A DNA stretch of 64,000 nt from an uncultured Bacteroidota bacterium (GTDB lineage Bacteria > Bacteroidota > Bacteroidia > Chitinophagales > Chitinophagaceae). Below the pieces are notes generated by a model. It searched no databases. It saw only the letters and a program-made list of their open reading frames with translations, and was not told the origin of the DNA. Both the position numbers and the translations under genes were made by a program. Positions 9,258 through 19,300 of this stretch are shown piece by piece. Location of the stretch: assembly GCA_963737475.1 (NCBI GenBank), contig CAVTSY010000007.1:6248-70247 (forward strand). The letters run 5' to 3'. Position 1 is the first letter of the stretch. Each line of letters opens with the position of its first letter.

Positions 9258-10985
9258 ATGAAAACCTCTGTCTCATTATTTTTTCTTTTGTCCGCCAAAC
9301 TCATCTTCTCTCAAACCATCACTACAAAATTTGAACAAAGCAACGGCACGCAGAGCCCGACCTACTATGAGATCGTCGACTGGTGGAAAAAGCTGGACCA
9401 GCGATCGCCAAAAATCAAAATGCTGGCAATGGGAATGACCGATGCCGGTTTTCCTTTGGACCTCGTTGTTGTTTCCAATGATGGCGACTACAATTTTGAA
9501 AGCATTCATAAAAAAAACAAGAGAATTATACTCGTCAATAATGGAATTCACCCGGGTGAACCGGATGGCATTGACGCAAGCATGTTGCTGGCGCGGGATA
9601 TTGTGACCGGTAAATACAAGCTGCCTTCGAATGTTGTTCTCGCCATTATTCCTGTCTACAACATCGGTGGGTGCTTAAACAGAAGTCCCAATTACAGGAT
9701 AGATCAAAATGGTCCTTCAGAAAAAGGTTTTCGCGGCAATTCTCAAAATCTTGATCTCAATCGTGATTTTATTAAATGTGATTCCAAAGATGCAAGAGCC
9801 TTTGCAGAGATCTTTCATTTAACCGATCCCGACGTATGTGTTGACAACCATGTAAGCGATGGCGCCGATTACCAGCACATCATGACCCTACTAACATCAC
9901 AGCATAATAAGCTGGGAGGAGTTATGGGTGATTATTTGGATAAAGAATTTGAGCCTGCTTTATATAAATTAATGAAAGAAAAAGGCTATGATCTTGTTCC
10001 ATACGTTAATTCATTTGGTGACACTCCTGAAGACGGCTGGCCGGAATATTGGGACAGTCCAAGGTACAGCAGTGGTTATGCAACACTCTGGAACAGCTTT
10101 GGGTTTATACCGGAAACGCATATGCTGAAATCCTATGAGCAAAGAGTGAGGTCAACCTATGCACTGATGCAATGCTTTACCGAATTCACGTCAAAGAATA
10201 GTGATAAAATAAAACAACTAAGAGATCAAACAAAACAATCCGTGAAATCCGCGATAGAGTTCCCGGTAAGCTGGCAGCTGGATCGTTCTCAATGGAAAGA
10301 GGTCACTTATAAAGGTTATGAAGCAGGCCACAAACTCAGTGGGGTTTCTAATTCACCAAAACTATATTACGACAGAACGAAGCCCTTTGAAAAGCAGGTG
10401 AAGATCTTCAACTATTTCTCTCCAAAAACAATCATCAAAAAACCATTGGCGTACATAATTCCACAGGGATGGTGGAAAGTGATTGACCTGCTTAAGCTGA
10501 ACAAGGTTCGAATGCTGCCCTTAAAAAATGACACATCCATCGAAGTGGTGGTCTATCATATTGATGATTACAAAACTTCGACTCGTCCATATGAGATGCA
10601 TCACGTCAACAGTAACGTAAAGATCAGTACGTCCAAACAAAAAATAAATTTCAGAAAAGGTGACTGGTATATTCCGATGAACCAAACGGCCAATCGTTTT
10701 CTGATTGAAACGCTTGAACCACAGGCAGAGGATTCTTATTTTGCCTGGAACTTCTTTGACGCAGTACTGGGACAAAAGGAATATTTTTCTGATTACGCCT
10801 TCGATGAGATCGCCGAAGACTATTTAAAAAAACACCCTGACCTGCAATTGAAACTGGAGCAAAAAAGAAAAACTGATACAAGCTTTGCCAAAAGCTGGCA
10901 GCAGCAATTGAATTTTGTTTATCAGAATTCGGCTTATTTCGAACCAGACTATTTAAGATATCCTGTTTTCAGAATTGAAAACTAG
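9258..10985 (+). CDS. Secreted M14-family zinc carboxypeptidase
   Basis: Signal peptide 'MKTSVSLFFLLSAKLIFSQ' from the ATG at 9258. Zinc motif 'NNGIHPGEPDG'. Further 'NLDLNRDF' and 'DNHVSDG' blocks. Confidence 0.8.
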   Translation: MKTSVSLFFLLSAKLIFSQTITTKFEQSNGTQSPTYYEIVDWWKKLDQRSPKIKMLAMGMTDAGFPLDLVVVSNDGDYNFESIHKKNKRIILVNNGIHPGEPDGIDASMLLARDIVTGKYKLPSNVVLAIIPVYNIGGCLNRSPNYRIDQNGPSEKGFRGNSQNLDLNRDFIKCDSKDARAFAEIFHLTDPDVCVDNHVSDGADYQHIMTLLTSQHNKLGGVMGDYLDKEFEPALYKLMKEKGYDLVPYVNSFGDTPEDGWPEYWDSPRYSSGYATLWNSFGFIPETHMLKSYEQRVRSTYALMQCFTEFTSKNSDKIKQLRDQTKQSVKSAIEFPVSWQLDRSQWKEVTYKGYEAGHKLSGVSNSPKLYYDRTKPFEKQVKIFNYFSPKTIIKKPLAYIIPQGWWKVIDLLKLNKVRMLPLKNDTSIEVVVYHIDDYKTSTRPYEMHHVNSNVKISTSKQKINFRKGDWYIPMNQTANRFLIETLEPQAEDSYFAWNFFDAVLGQKEYFSDYAFDEIAEDYLKKHPDLQLKLEQKRKTDTSFAKSWQQQLNFVYQNSAYFEPDYLRYPVFRIEN

Positions 10986-10986
10986 T

Positions 10987-11215
10987 GTTAAGTTAATTGT
11001 ATTTTGTCGCCACAGAATACACAGAAACACTGAATTATTTATTGATTTCTCTTTGTGTTTCTCCCCACTTATCCAAACTGGTCAGCAGTTCAATTTTTTT
11101 CAGGATTTCGGCGGCAGCAGGTGTTATCTGAATACACAGAAACACTGAATTATTTATTGATTTTCTCTCTGTGTTTCTGTGTTTTCTGTGGCAAAATTTA
11201 TGCGGATTATTACGG
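10987..11215. repeat. REP-like hairpin element, family 1: left half (10987-11062), 65-bp filler, near-complete copy (11128-11215)
   Basis: 'gtcgccacagaatacacagaaacactgaattatttattgatttctct.tgtgtttctgtgttttctgtggcaaaatttatgcg'. An inverted full copy lies at 54265-54380. Stem 'cacagaaacac'/'gtgtttctgtg'. Confidence 0.65.
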
Positions 11216-11224
11216 GATTCGCAA

Positions 11225-12904
11225 CTATTTTTCATGCATGGCTACTATGCCTGCCCCATTCTCAAAAATACCTTCGTCAATTATTTTCTTTGTGTTCCTG
11301 TAAAAGAATTTTGCCGTATGATCGCCCGGATCTGTTTCGACAACTTTTTTGAACGCAATGTTTGCTTCAGGAAATGATTTATTCAGAAATAAAGAAACGC
11401 CTTCATTAAAAACTGAAAGGGTGTTTAATTTTTTCTCCATATCAGGCAATGGATTGCTGTCAAAACATTCGTGAATTTCCACGGCTTCACGTTTGCCTTT
11501 CAATTGTACTAATCCAAGAGAGCGAAGATGAAAACCTTCTTTTTGCTCAATTTGTTTTAAAGAAGAATCACTGAGGATAATGTTTACGCTATAATGTTTG
11601 GTCAGGCTTTCCAGTCTTGATGCAATATTGACCGTATCAGAAATGGTGGTCGCGTCCATCCGGTTCGCATCCCCGGTAATACCCATTATCAATGGGCCCG
11701 TATGCATGCCCACCCCGATCTGTATTGGAATTTGATTGTTAGTGATCCTGGTCTTATTGAGATCCTGTACTTCTTTCTGCATCTCGATAGCCGCTGACAG
11801 CGCATCTTCAGCATTATGGGGAAAGATCGCCATAATGGCATCGCCGAGATACTGATTGATAAATCCATTGTGCCTGCGTATGGCAGGACCCATCCTCTCA
11901 TTGAATGCGCATACGAACTTAAAATTCTCCTCGGGGCTCATTTGCTCTGATAGAGACGTATAGTCCCGGATATCTGAGAAAAGAACGGTCACTATTTTCT
12001 CCACCTGGTCGCCAAGTTTCACATCGGTGATCACATTATGACCCAGTGACCCGATGAATTCATAAGGAACAAATTTTCCTGTCGCCTCATAAACAAGACG
12101 CATGGCTTCTTCTCTTTCCTTTGCTTCTCTCAGATTTTTTTCATAGAGTAACGCACTTTCAATGGCAGCAGAAGATTGTAACGCCAGGGTGGTGAGCAGT
12201 TTCAGATCCGCCGCGGTATACTGAACTAACTCATTGCTGGCAAGAATGATCGCCCCCATTGTCCGCTTGTTCACTTTCAATGCAGAATAAATAACAGATC
12301 TTACTTCAGGAAAAAGAACCCCGGCCTGGGATAATGCAGAAATATCGGTGATGATCTCGGATTGCCCGCTCAATAATATTTTACTAAGGAGACGTAATTC
12401 ACTGTACAGTTTTTCTTCAGCAAAAAATAATTCCCCTGAGGAAGCAAGGACCTTTAATCTTTCTGTCTCCTCATCCCACAGGATCACCACACCACTGTTT
12501 GAATTTATCACCCGCCCAGCTTCCTCTAATGTGATCTCGGAAATTGTTGGAGCATCAATGGTCTGCGCTAATCTTTCAGAAAAATTGTAGATCAGGTTTA
12601 TTTCCTGGTATAAATTCAAAACCTCGGATCCGAGCTTTCGCTTCTCGACTTCCTTTCTTATTGAGAGATTGAGGATAGCGGCAATGATCTTTGCTTCCTC
12701 ATCGCCTTTCACAACACCGATCGGTTCATTGTCAACTTCGATGACCTGTTCAACTCTGTGCGCTTCCGATCTATTGCCCAACAAAATGTTGCCCGTGTCA
12801 TCCTCGATCCAAACACCGGTATTTAACCGCTCAATTAAAGATGCGAGTATGGGAGCTGTTTCATTCTTTTTACTAAGAATACTTTTTAAAGTAAGTTTTA
12901 TCAT
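11225..12904 (-). CDS. GAF-domain class III adenylate/guanylate cyclase (soluble)
   Basis: 559-aa ORF. Cyclase blocks 'VTVLFSDIRDYTSLSE', 'NQYLGDAIMAIF', 'IGVGMHTGPLIMGITG', 'ISDTVNIASRLES'. GAF-like region at aa ~120-260. No TM segment. Confidence 0.85.
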   Translation of the reverse strand: MIKLTLKSILSKKNETAPILASLIERLNTGVWIEDDTGNILLGNRSEAHRVEQVIEVDNEPIGVVKGDEEAKIIAAILNLSIRKEVEKRKLGSEVLNLYQEINLIYNFSERLAQTIDAPTISEITLEEAGRVINSNSGVVILWDEETERLKVLASSGELFFAEEKLYSELRLLSKILLSGQSEIITDISALSQAGVLFPEVRSVIYSALKVNKRTMGAIILASNELVQYTAADLKLLTTLALQSSAAIESALLYEKNLREAKEREEAMRLVYEATGKFVPYEFIGSLGHNVITDVKLGDQVEKIVTVLFSDIRDYTSLSEQMSPEENFKFVCAFNERMGPAIRRHNGFINQYLGDAIMAIFPHNAEDALSAAIEMQKEVQDLNKTRITNNQIPIQIGVGMHTGPLIMGITGDANRMDATTISDTVNIASRLESLTKHYSVNIILSDSSLKQIEQKEGFHLRSLGLVQLKGKREAVEIHECFDSNPLPDMEKKLNTLSVFNEGVSLFLNKSFPEANIAFKKVVETDPGDHTAKFFYRNTKKIIDEGIFENGAGIVAMHEK

Positions 12905-12931
12905 GTGGGTGCAGGGTTGGGAAATGTAACA

Positions 12932-13315
12932 TCAATTTTGCAATTGAAGAACTTCTCTTGCTTTTTCTAAAATTTTTTCGGGGTCAAAAGGTTTTGTCAT
13001 GTATACATCGGCGCCCACTTCCTGCCCTTTTTGACGGTCCAGTTCCTGGCCCTTTGCAGTAAGTAAAACAATAAATACATCATTCAAGCCCAATTCTTTT
13101 TTTACTCGGCGGCAAACTTCCATGCCATTCATTTTAGGCATCATGACATCAAGAAAAACAAGCCGCGGCTTTTCTGCCTGTATGATCTCCAAAGCTTGTT
13201 CACCGTTTTCTGCCGTGAAAAAATTTACTCCCTCATCTTCCAGTTCTTCCAGCGTTTGCCCGATAAGCATACGGATATGTGCTTCATCATCCACAATCAA
13301 AAGTTTTTGTTCCAT
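12932..13315 (-). CDS. Single-domain response regulator (CheY-like receiver only)
   Basis: 127-aa ORF. 'LLIVDDEAHIR', 'RLVFLDVMMPKMNG', 'VLLTAKG', 'DVYMTKPF'. No output domain. Confidence 0.9.
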   Translation of the reverse strand: MEQKLLIVDDEAHIRMLIGQTLEELEDEGVNFFTAENGEQALEIIQAEKPRLVFLDVMMPKMNGMEVCRRVKKELGLNDVFIVLLTAKGQELDRQKGQEVGADVYMTKPFDPEKILEKAREVLQLQN

Positions 13316-13336
13316 TTTTAGTTTTCTCAGTTTTGT

Positions 13337-16300
13337 TTATTGATAAATTAAGAACAATACATTCTCCAATCCTTTTTCAAAGCGAAGCGACTGTACAATT
13401 TCCTGTTTGTCCGAAAGGACGGAATTTAAGATAATGATATCCGGTTGTGTAGAGATAGCCTTTTGAACCAATTCCTTTCCATCTGATTCCACAACATGGT
13501 AACCCTTAGCCTGCAACACGTCCGTCAAAGAGCGAACAGCCGCCCCATCTTCATCCACCACCATTACTTTTTTCTTTGATTTCCCCTGCTCCAATAAGGT
13601 TCCAACTTCTTTAAACAATTGTGCAGTATCAATTGGTTTTGTCAGGTACCTGTCCACACCGATACGATATCCCCGTGCTTTATCCTGCACTATCGACAAG
13701 ACAATAATCGGGATATCCATCGTTTGAGGATCATTCTTAAGAACGGCCGCCACATCAAATCCATTCATCTCCGGCATCATCACATCAAGGATGATCAGGT
13801 CAGGGCGGTTTTTGCGAACACTCTCCAATGCTTCTTTGCCATTGGTGGCCTGCTCTATCAAATATCCGGCATCACTAAGCTCCTGTTGCAATAATGACCG
13901 TATAGAATCATCATCATCTACAACAAGTATTGTCGCATCTTTTCCTATCACTTTGAATTTCGAGTTCGCCATTTGTTCTTTTAATTGCTTCACCAGGTCG
14001 TCAAAATGTACAGGCTTTTCTCTTTTGGAGTTAATGACAGGCAACGAAAAAGAAAAGGTACTTCCTTTCCCTACTTTGCTTTCCAGCCAGATGCGGCCGC
14101 CATGGTGTTCGACAATTTCTTTACAGATCGGCAAACCTAAACCCGTTCCCTTCGGTTTGTCAGTCAACGTATCACCCCCCACTTGTTTAAATTGTTCAAA
14201 CACGGCCGCATAATCTTCCGGCGCAATTCCAATACCTGTGTCAAGAACGCTAACAATGATCTCATCCTTTTTCTTATACACTTTGCAGGTAACAGAACCC
14301 TTGTCCGTGAATTTTACAGCATTTGAAATAAGGTTGATGATCACCTGGATCAGTTTATCACGATCACCGGAAATATCAGGGATATCCGTTTCAATTTCTC
14401 TTACCAGTTTTAATTTTTTCTGCTCGAACAAAGAAGTAGTTGCGGCGAGAGCTCTTTCCGCCACTTCCGTCATCGACACATTTTCCAGGTTCCATTCCAT
14501 TTTGCCGGCTTCTATCTTTGCCAAATCCAATACGTCATTGATAAGATGTGTGAGACGTTCGCCTTCGGATATTACCACTTCCAGGTTTTGAGATATCTGG
14601 CCGATCGTTTTTTCTGTTTTTGTATCTGATCTATCAACCGCGGGGAATATTTTTTCATCCAATCTTTTGCGGATGATCTTAGCAAAACCAAGAACAGATG
14701 TAAGTGGTGTTCTTAATTCATGACTCACTGTAGAAAGAAATGCGCTCTTCGCTTCATTTGCTTTTTCGGCCGCTTTACTGGCGGCTTCTGCTTCCATTTT
14801 CGCCATCTTGACATCTTCAAACAATGTTGCATTGCGTAAAGCAACTCCTACTGAAGCAGCAATTGTCGACAGAAGACGAAGGTCATCTTCGTTAAAACTA
14901 TTTTCGTGCTCCGTGCTTTGCACGCTCAGAACTCCGATTATTTCGTCGCCAACCGGGATAGGAACACCAAGATAAGAAGCCGCGGGCACGCCTTGAGATT
15001 GCACTCCCAACTTTGCTCTTAGTCCCTGGACATTTTCGTTGATCAGGAGAGGTTCACCCGAAAGAATGATTTTCGAAGTAAGACCCTCACCCAGTTTCAT
15101 TGGCCTGTTATCATCACCATGCTGATAAGGGAAATGGATCATCTTGGTTTTTGGATTCAACAAAGCCAGGTAAACTATATTGGCTTTGAAAAGATCTCTC
15201 AATTTATCGCCAACAAATTTTATCAGGTCGTCCGGATCCAATTGGGAAGCCAATGCCTTGCTGATGCTATTCACCGTGCTCAATTCAGACGCTCTCTGTT
15301 TTGCCTCAGACAACAAGTGAGTAGTCTCATCAAATAGTCTTGCATTCTCCAGCGCTACGCTCATACTGTTCGTAATTGTCGTAAGCAGCCTGATATCGGC
15401 ATCCGTGAAAGCATTTTCCTTATCTACGTTCTGGAGACTAACTGATCCTTTTACCACATCACCGACAAGCATAGGAACAAAAACGGCTGATTTAGGTGGT
15501 TGGCCCTTTGTGACGCCGGTACCTCCATGACTTTTTGCAGTGTCAAGGTAGTTTTGCCGAATATCCAGGGGTCTTTTTATTGATATAAGCTCTTTACTGG
15601 TCCAATTAAATGGCCTTGCTTCGATAGGGAAACGTTCTCCTTTTTCTATGGCGTAATGAAAATGCTCGATACCGGCTTCATGGTCAAACGTCCGTATGAC
15701 CAATGTTTGTGTATCGGGAAATAAACTGCAGAGGCGATCACCAACTACTTCATAAATTCCCTGCACATCCAGCTCTTTTGCCAAACCTTCCTGCACACTA
15801 TTGATAACAGCTAATTCAGCCGTACGCTGCTCTGTTTCCTTTAATAAGCGATTTGTTTCATCAAAGAGTCTTGCATTTTCCAGTGCCACACTCATGCTAT
15901 TCGCCAGTGTTTCAAGTAACCGGATATCAGATTCACTAAAGGCATTCTCTTTATCAACATTCTGAATGCTTACATACCCTTTGATATTGTTTCCGCTGAG
16001 AAGAGGAACAAACATCAGTGATTTGGGCATCTTCGTATCTCCTATTGCAACAATACCATATTCGTCTCTTGCTTTTTGCTCAGTGTCTATATAAAGAGTT
16101 TGCTTCAAATTAATAAGTGTTTGGCGTAAACCACTTATTGGCCGCGAGTCAAGAACATATTTCTCTCCGTTCTCAAACGCATAATTGAAATGCTCAGTTT
16201 TATTTGCAAGATCAAAGCTTGCTATGATCACGCCATGTGTCTGAAAAAGTTTTTGCACCCGTTCACCTACCAAATTATAAATGCCCTGCATGTCGAATTC

Positions 16301-19300
16301 TTTTGCCAAACCTTCCTGCACACTGTTAATGACCGCAAGTTCCGCCGTGCGTTGTTCCGTTTCTTTCAATAAACGACTCGTTTCGTCAAACAATCTTGCA
16401 TTTTCCAATGCCACGCTCATGCTGTTAGCAAGAGTTTGCAGGAGTGATAGGTCTGACTCGCTGTATGCATTCTCTCTTTCGTAATTTTCCAAACGAATTG
16501 TTCCATTCACTTGTCCACCGGAAATAAGCGGAACACCTAACCAGGATTTTGCTGTATCCTCTTCGGTTTCTGAAGAGGCAAACACAGCTCCAAGTTCTTT
16601 AAAACGTTCAACTGCATTTTCATTGATTAACAATGGCTGTGCTGTCTGTATTATGTGTGATGTTAACCCCTTACCAAGTTCAAAACCTAATTCAACAATA
16701 CGTTTGCCTTTAAACAGGTAATAGGGATGAGTAATAAAATTCTTTTCACGGTTATAATAGGAAATGGAGATTCCCTGCGTATCAAATACATCCCGGATCT
16801 TGTCCCCGACAAGATCATAAATGGCCTGGATATCCAGTTTGGAAGCAAGGCCTTCCTGAACACTGTTGATAATGCCGAGTTCAGCTGTACGCTGCTCTGT
16901 CTCCTTTAATAAGCGATTGGTTTCATCAAAGAGCCTTGCATTTTCCAATGCTACACTCATACTATTTGCCAGGGTAGTGAGAAGACTGATGTCTGACCTG
17001 GAAAATGCATTTTCATGGTCAAGATTTTGCAGGCTAATGACTCCTTTTACTTCACCTCCCGCAATCATCGGTACATACATTTGTGACTTTGGCATTTCAC
17101 CAATCAATATCTCGTTGCCGAAATCACGCATTGCCTGCTCTACATTATTATTGTGAACTAACAATTCTCCGGTCTCAATTACATGCTTTCTGAACCCTTT
17201 GGGTGGCCTTGCTTTTACCAGTGTCCTGTCACCTTTTTCATAGGAATATCTATCCTCGATCAGGTTTTTGCTACGATCATAAATAACGATATCAACTACC
17301 TGGGCTTTAAAAATTTTTCGGATCTTTTCTCCTACCAGTTCATAAATGGAATGCATATCCATTTGCGCCACCAAACCTTCCTGCACACTATTGATCACTG
17401 CCAGTTCGGAAGTACGTTGTTCAGTTTCTTTTAATAAGCGATTTGTTTCATCAAAGAGTCGCGCATTCTCCAGCGCTACGCTCATACTATTGGCTAACGT
17501 TTCAAGCAACCTTATGTGTGCGTCTGTAAAGGCATTTTCCTTATCAACATTTTGCAGTGTAACATAGGAGGTAATTTTATCCCCGATCATTAGCGGGACA
17601 AATACCGCAGATTTTATCATTTCCGTACCCGGCACTACTTCCGTTCCAAACCATGCGTGCACCTCTTCCTGCTTATTGACCACGACTTTCTTACGGGACT
17701 GAATCAGGTGAAGTCTCAACTTACCCAATGGTCTTGGCGCCGGATAGAAGCGCTGCCCTTTCTCTACAAAGTATTGGAATTTCTCAGTTCCTTCTTCCTG
17801 GTTGAGCGTAGCTATACCAACAACCTGCGCATCAAAAAGACTGCGGATCCTTTCACCTACCATGCTATAAATCGCATCAATATCCAGTTCTTTCGCCAAA
17901 CCTTCCTGTACACTATTTATTACCGCTAATTCTGCAGTACGTTGTTCGGTTTCTTTTAATAAGCGATTTGTTTCATCAAACAGCCTTGCATTTTCCAAAG
18001 CCACACTCATACTGTTGGCCAATGTCGTTAGTAGGTTTACATCAGAATCCGGAAATGCATTTTCCTGGTCGAGATTTTGTAAACTGATGACACCATTTAC
18101 TTCCCCGCTGGCGATAAGAGGTACCAATACAATTGATTTTGCACCTTTGCCAACGATAACAGTTTGATCATACTTTGTCCTTTGCGCATCCAGATTTTCA
18201 TTTATGACCAGGGCCTTTCCTGTGTCAAAAACAGATTTCCTGAATCCTTTCAATGGCCTCGGTCCTAATAAAGTCCGGTCGCCTTTTTCATAAGTATACC
18301 GGTCTTCGATCAGTTGCGTTCTTTTATCATAGGTCACAATGTCTATGACCTGCGCGTTGAATATTCCTCTGATTTTTTCACCCACCAATTCATAGATTCC
18401 CTGAATATCCAGCTCTCTTGCAAGTCCTTCCTGCACACTATTAATTACCGATAATTCGGCAGTGCGTTGTTCGGTTTCTTTTAATAACCGATTGGTTTCA
18501 TCAAAAAGTCTTGCATTTTCTAATGCCACACTCATACTACTGGCCAGGGTACCTAAGAGACGAACATCTGAGTGCGAAAAAGCATGCTCCTTATCAATAT
18601 TCTGAAGGCTTACATATCCGGTTACTTTATCCCCTACTTTCAAAGGCATAAACAAAAGTGATTTTGGAACTTCTGTCCCGGGAACCACTCTCATTCCAAA
18701 TTCAGCTGCTGCCTTGGCAAAATCTTCGTTAATCAGGATATTTTGACCTGTTTCAATCAGGTGTTGTCGCAGCCTGTCAAAACGCCGGGGGCCAGGATAA
18801 GTTACTTCCTCTTTCTCAACATGGTAATTGAAATACTCTAGCTTTTTTTCATGATCAAATGTGGCGATGATCACAGCCTGGGCATTAAAAAGCTTTTGAA
18901 CCCGCTCGCCTACCAAATTATAGATTCCCTTCATGTCTAGTTCCTTTGCTAACCCTTCCTGCACGCTATTGATTACTGCAAGTTCTGCGGTTCTTTGCTC
19001 GGTTTCTTTTAATAAGCGATTCGTTTCATCAAACAGGCGGGCACTTTCCAAAGCCACGCTCATACTATTCGCCAATGTAGTGAGCAGGCTTGCATCACTG
19101 CTGGAAAAGGCATGTTCATGGTCAAGATTCTGCAGGCTGATGACTCCCTTTACTTCATTGCCTGTGATCATGGGCACATACACTTGTGATTTAGGGATTT
19201 CTCCGATTAAAATTTCATTGCCAAACTCGCGCATGGCTCTTTCGACTTTTTCATTATGCAGAAGTAACTGTTTGGTTTCAATAACATGTTTTCGGAACCC

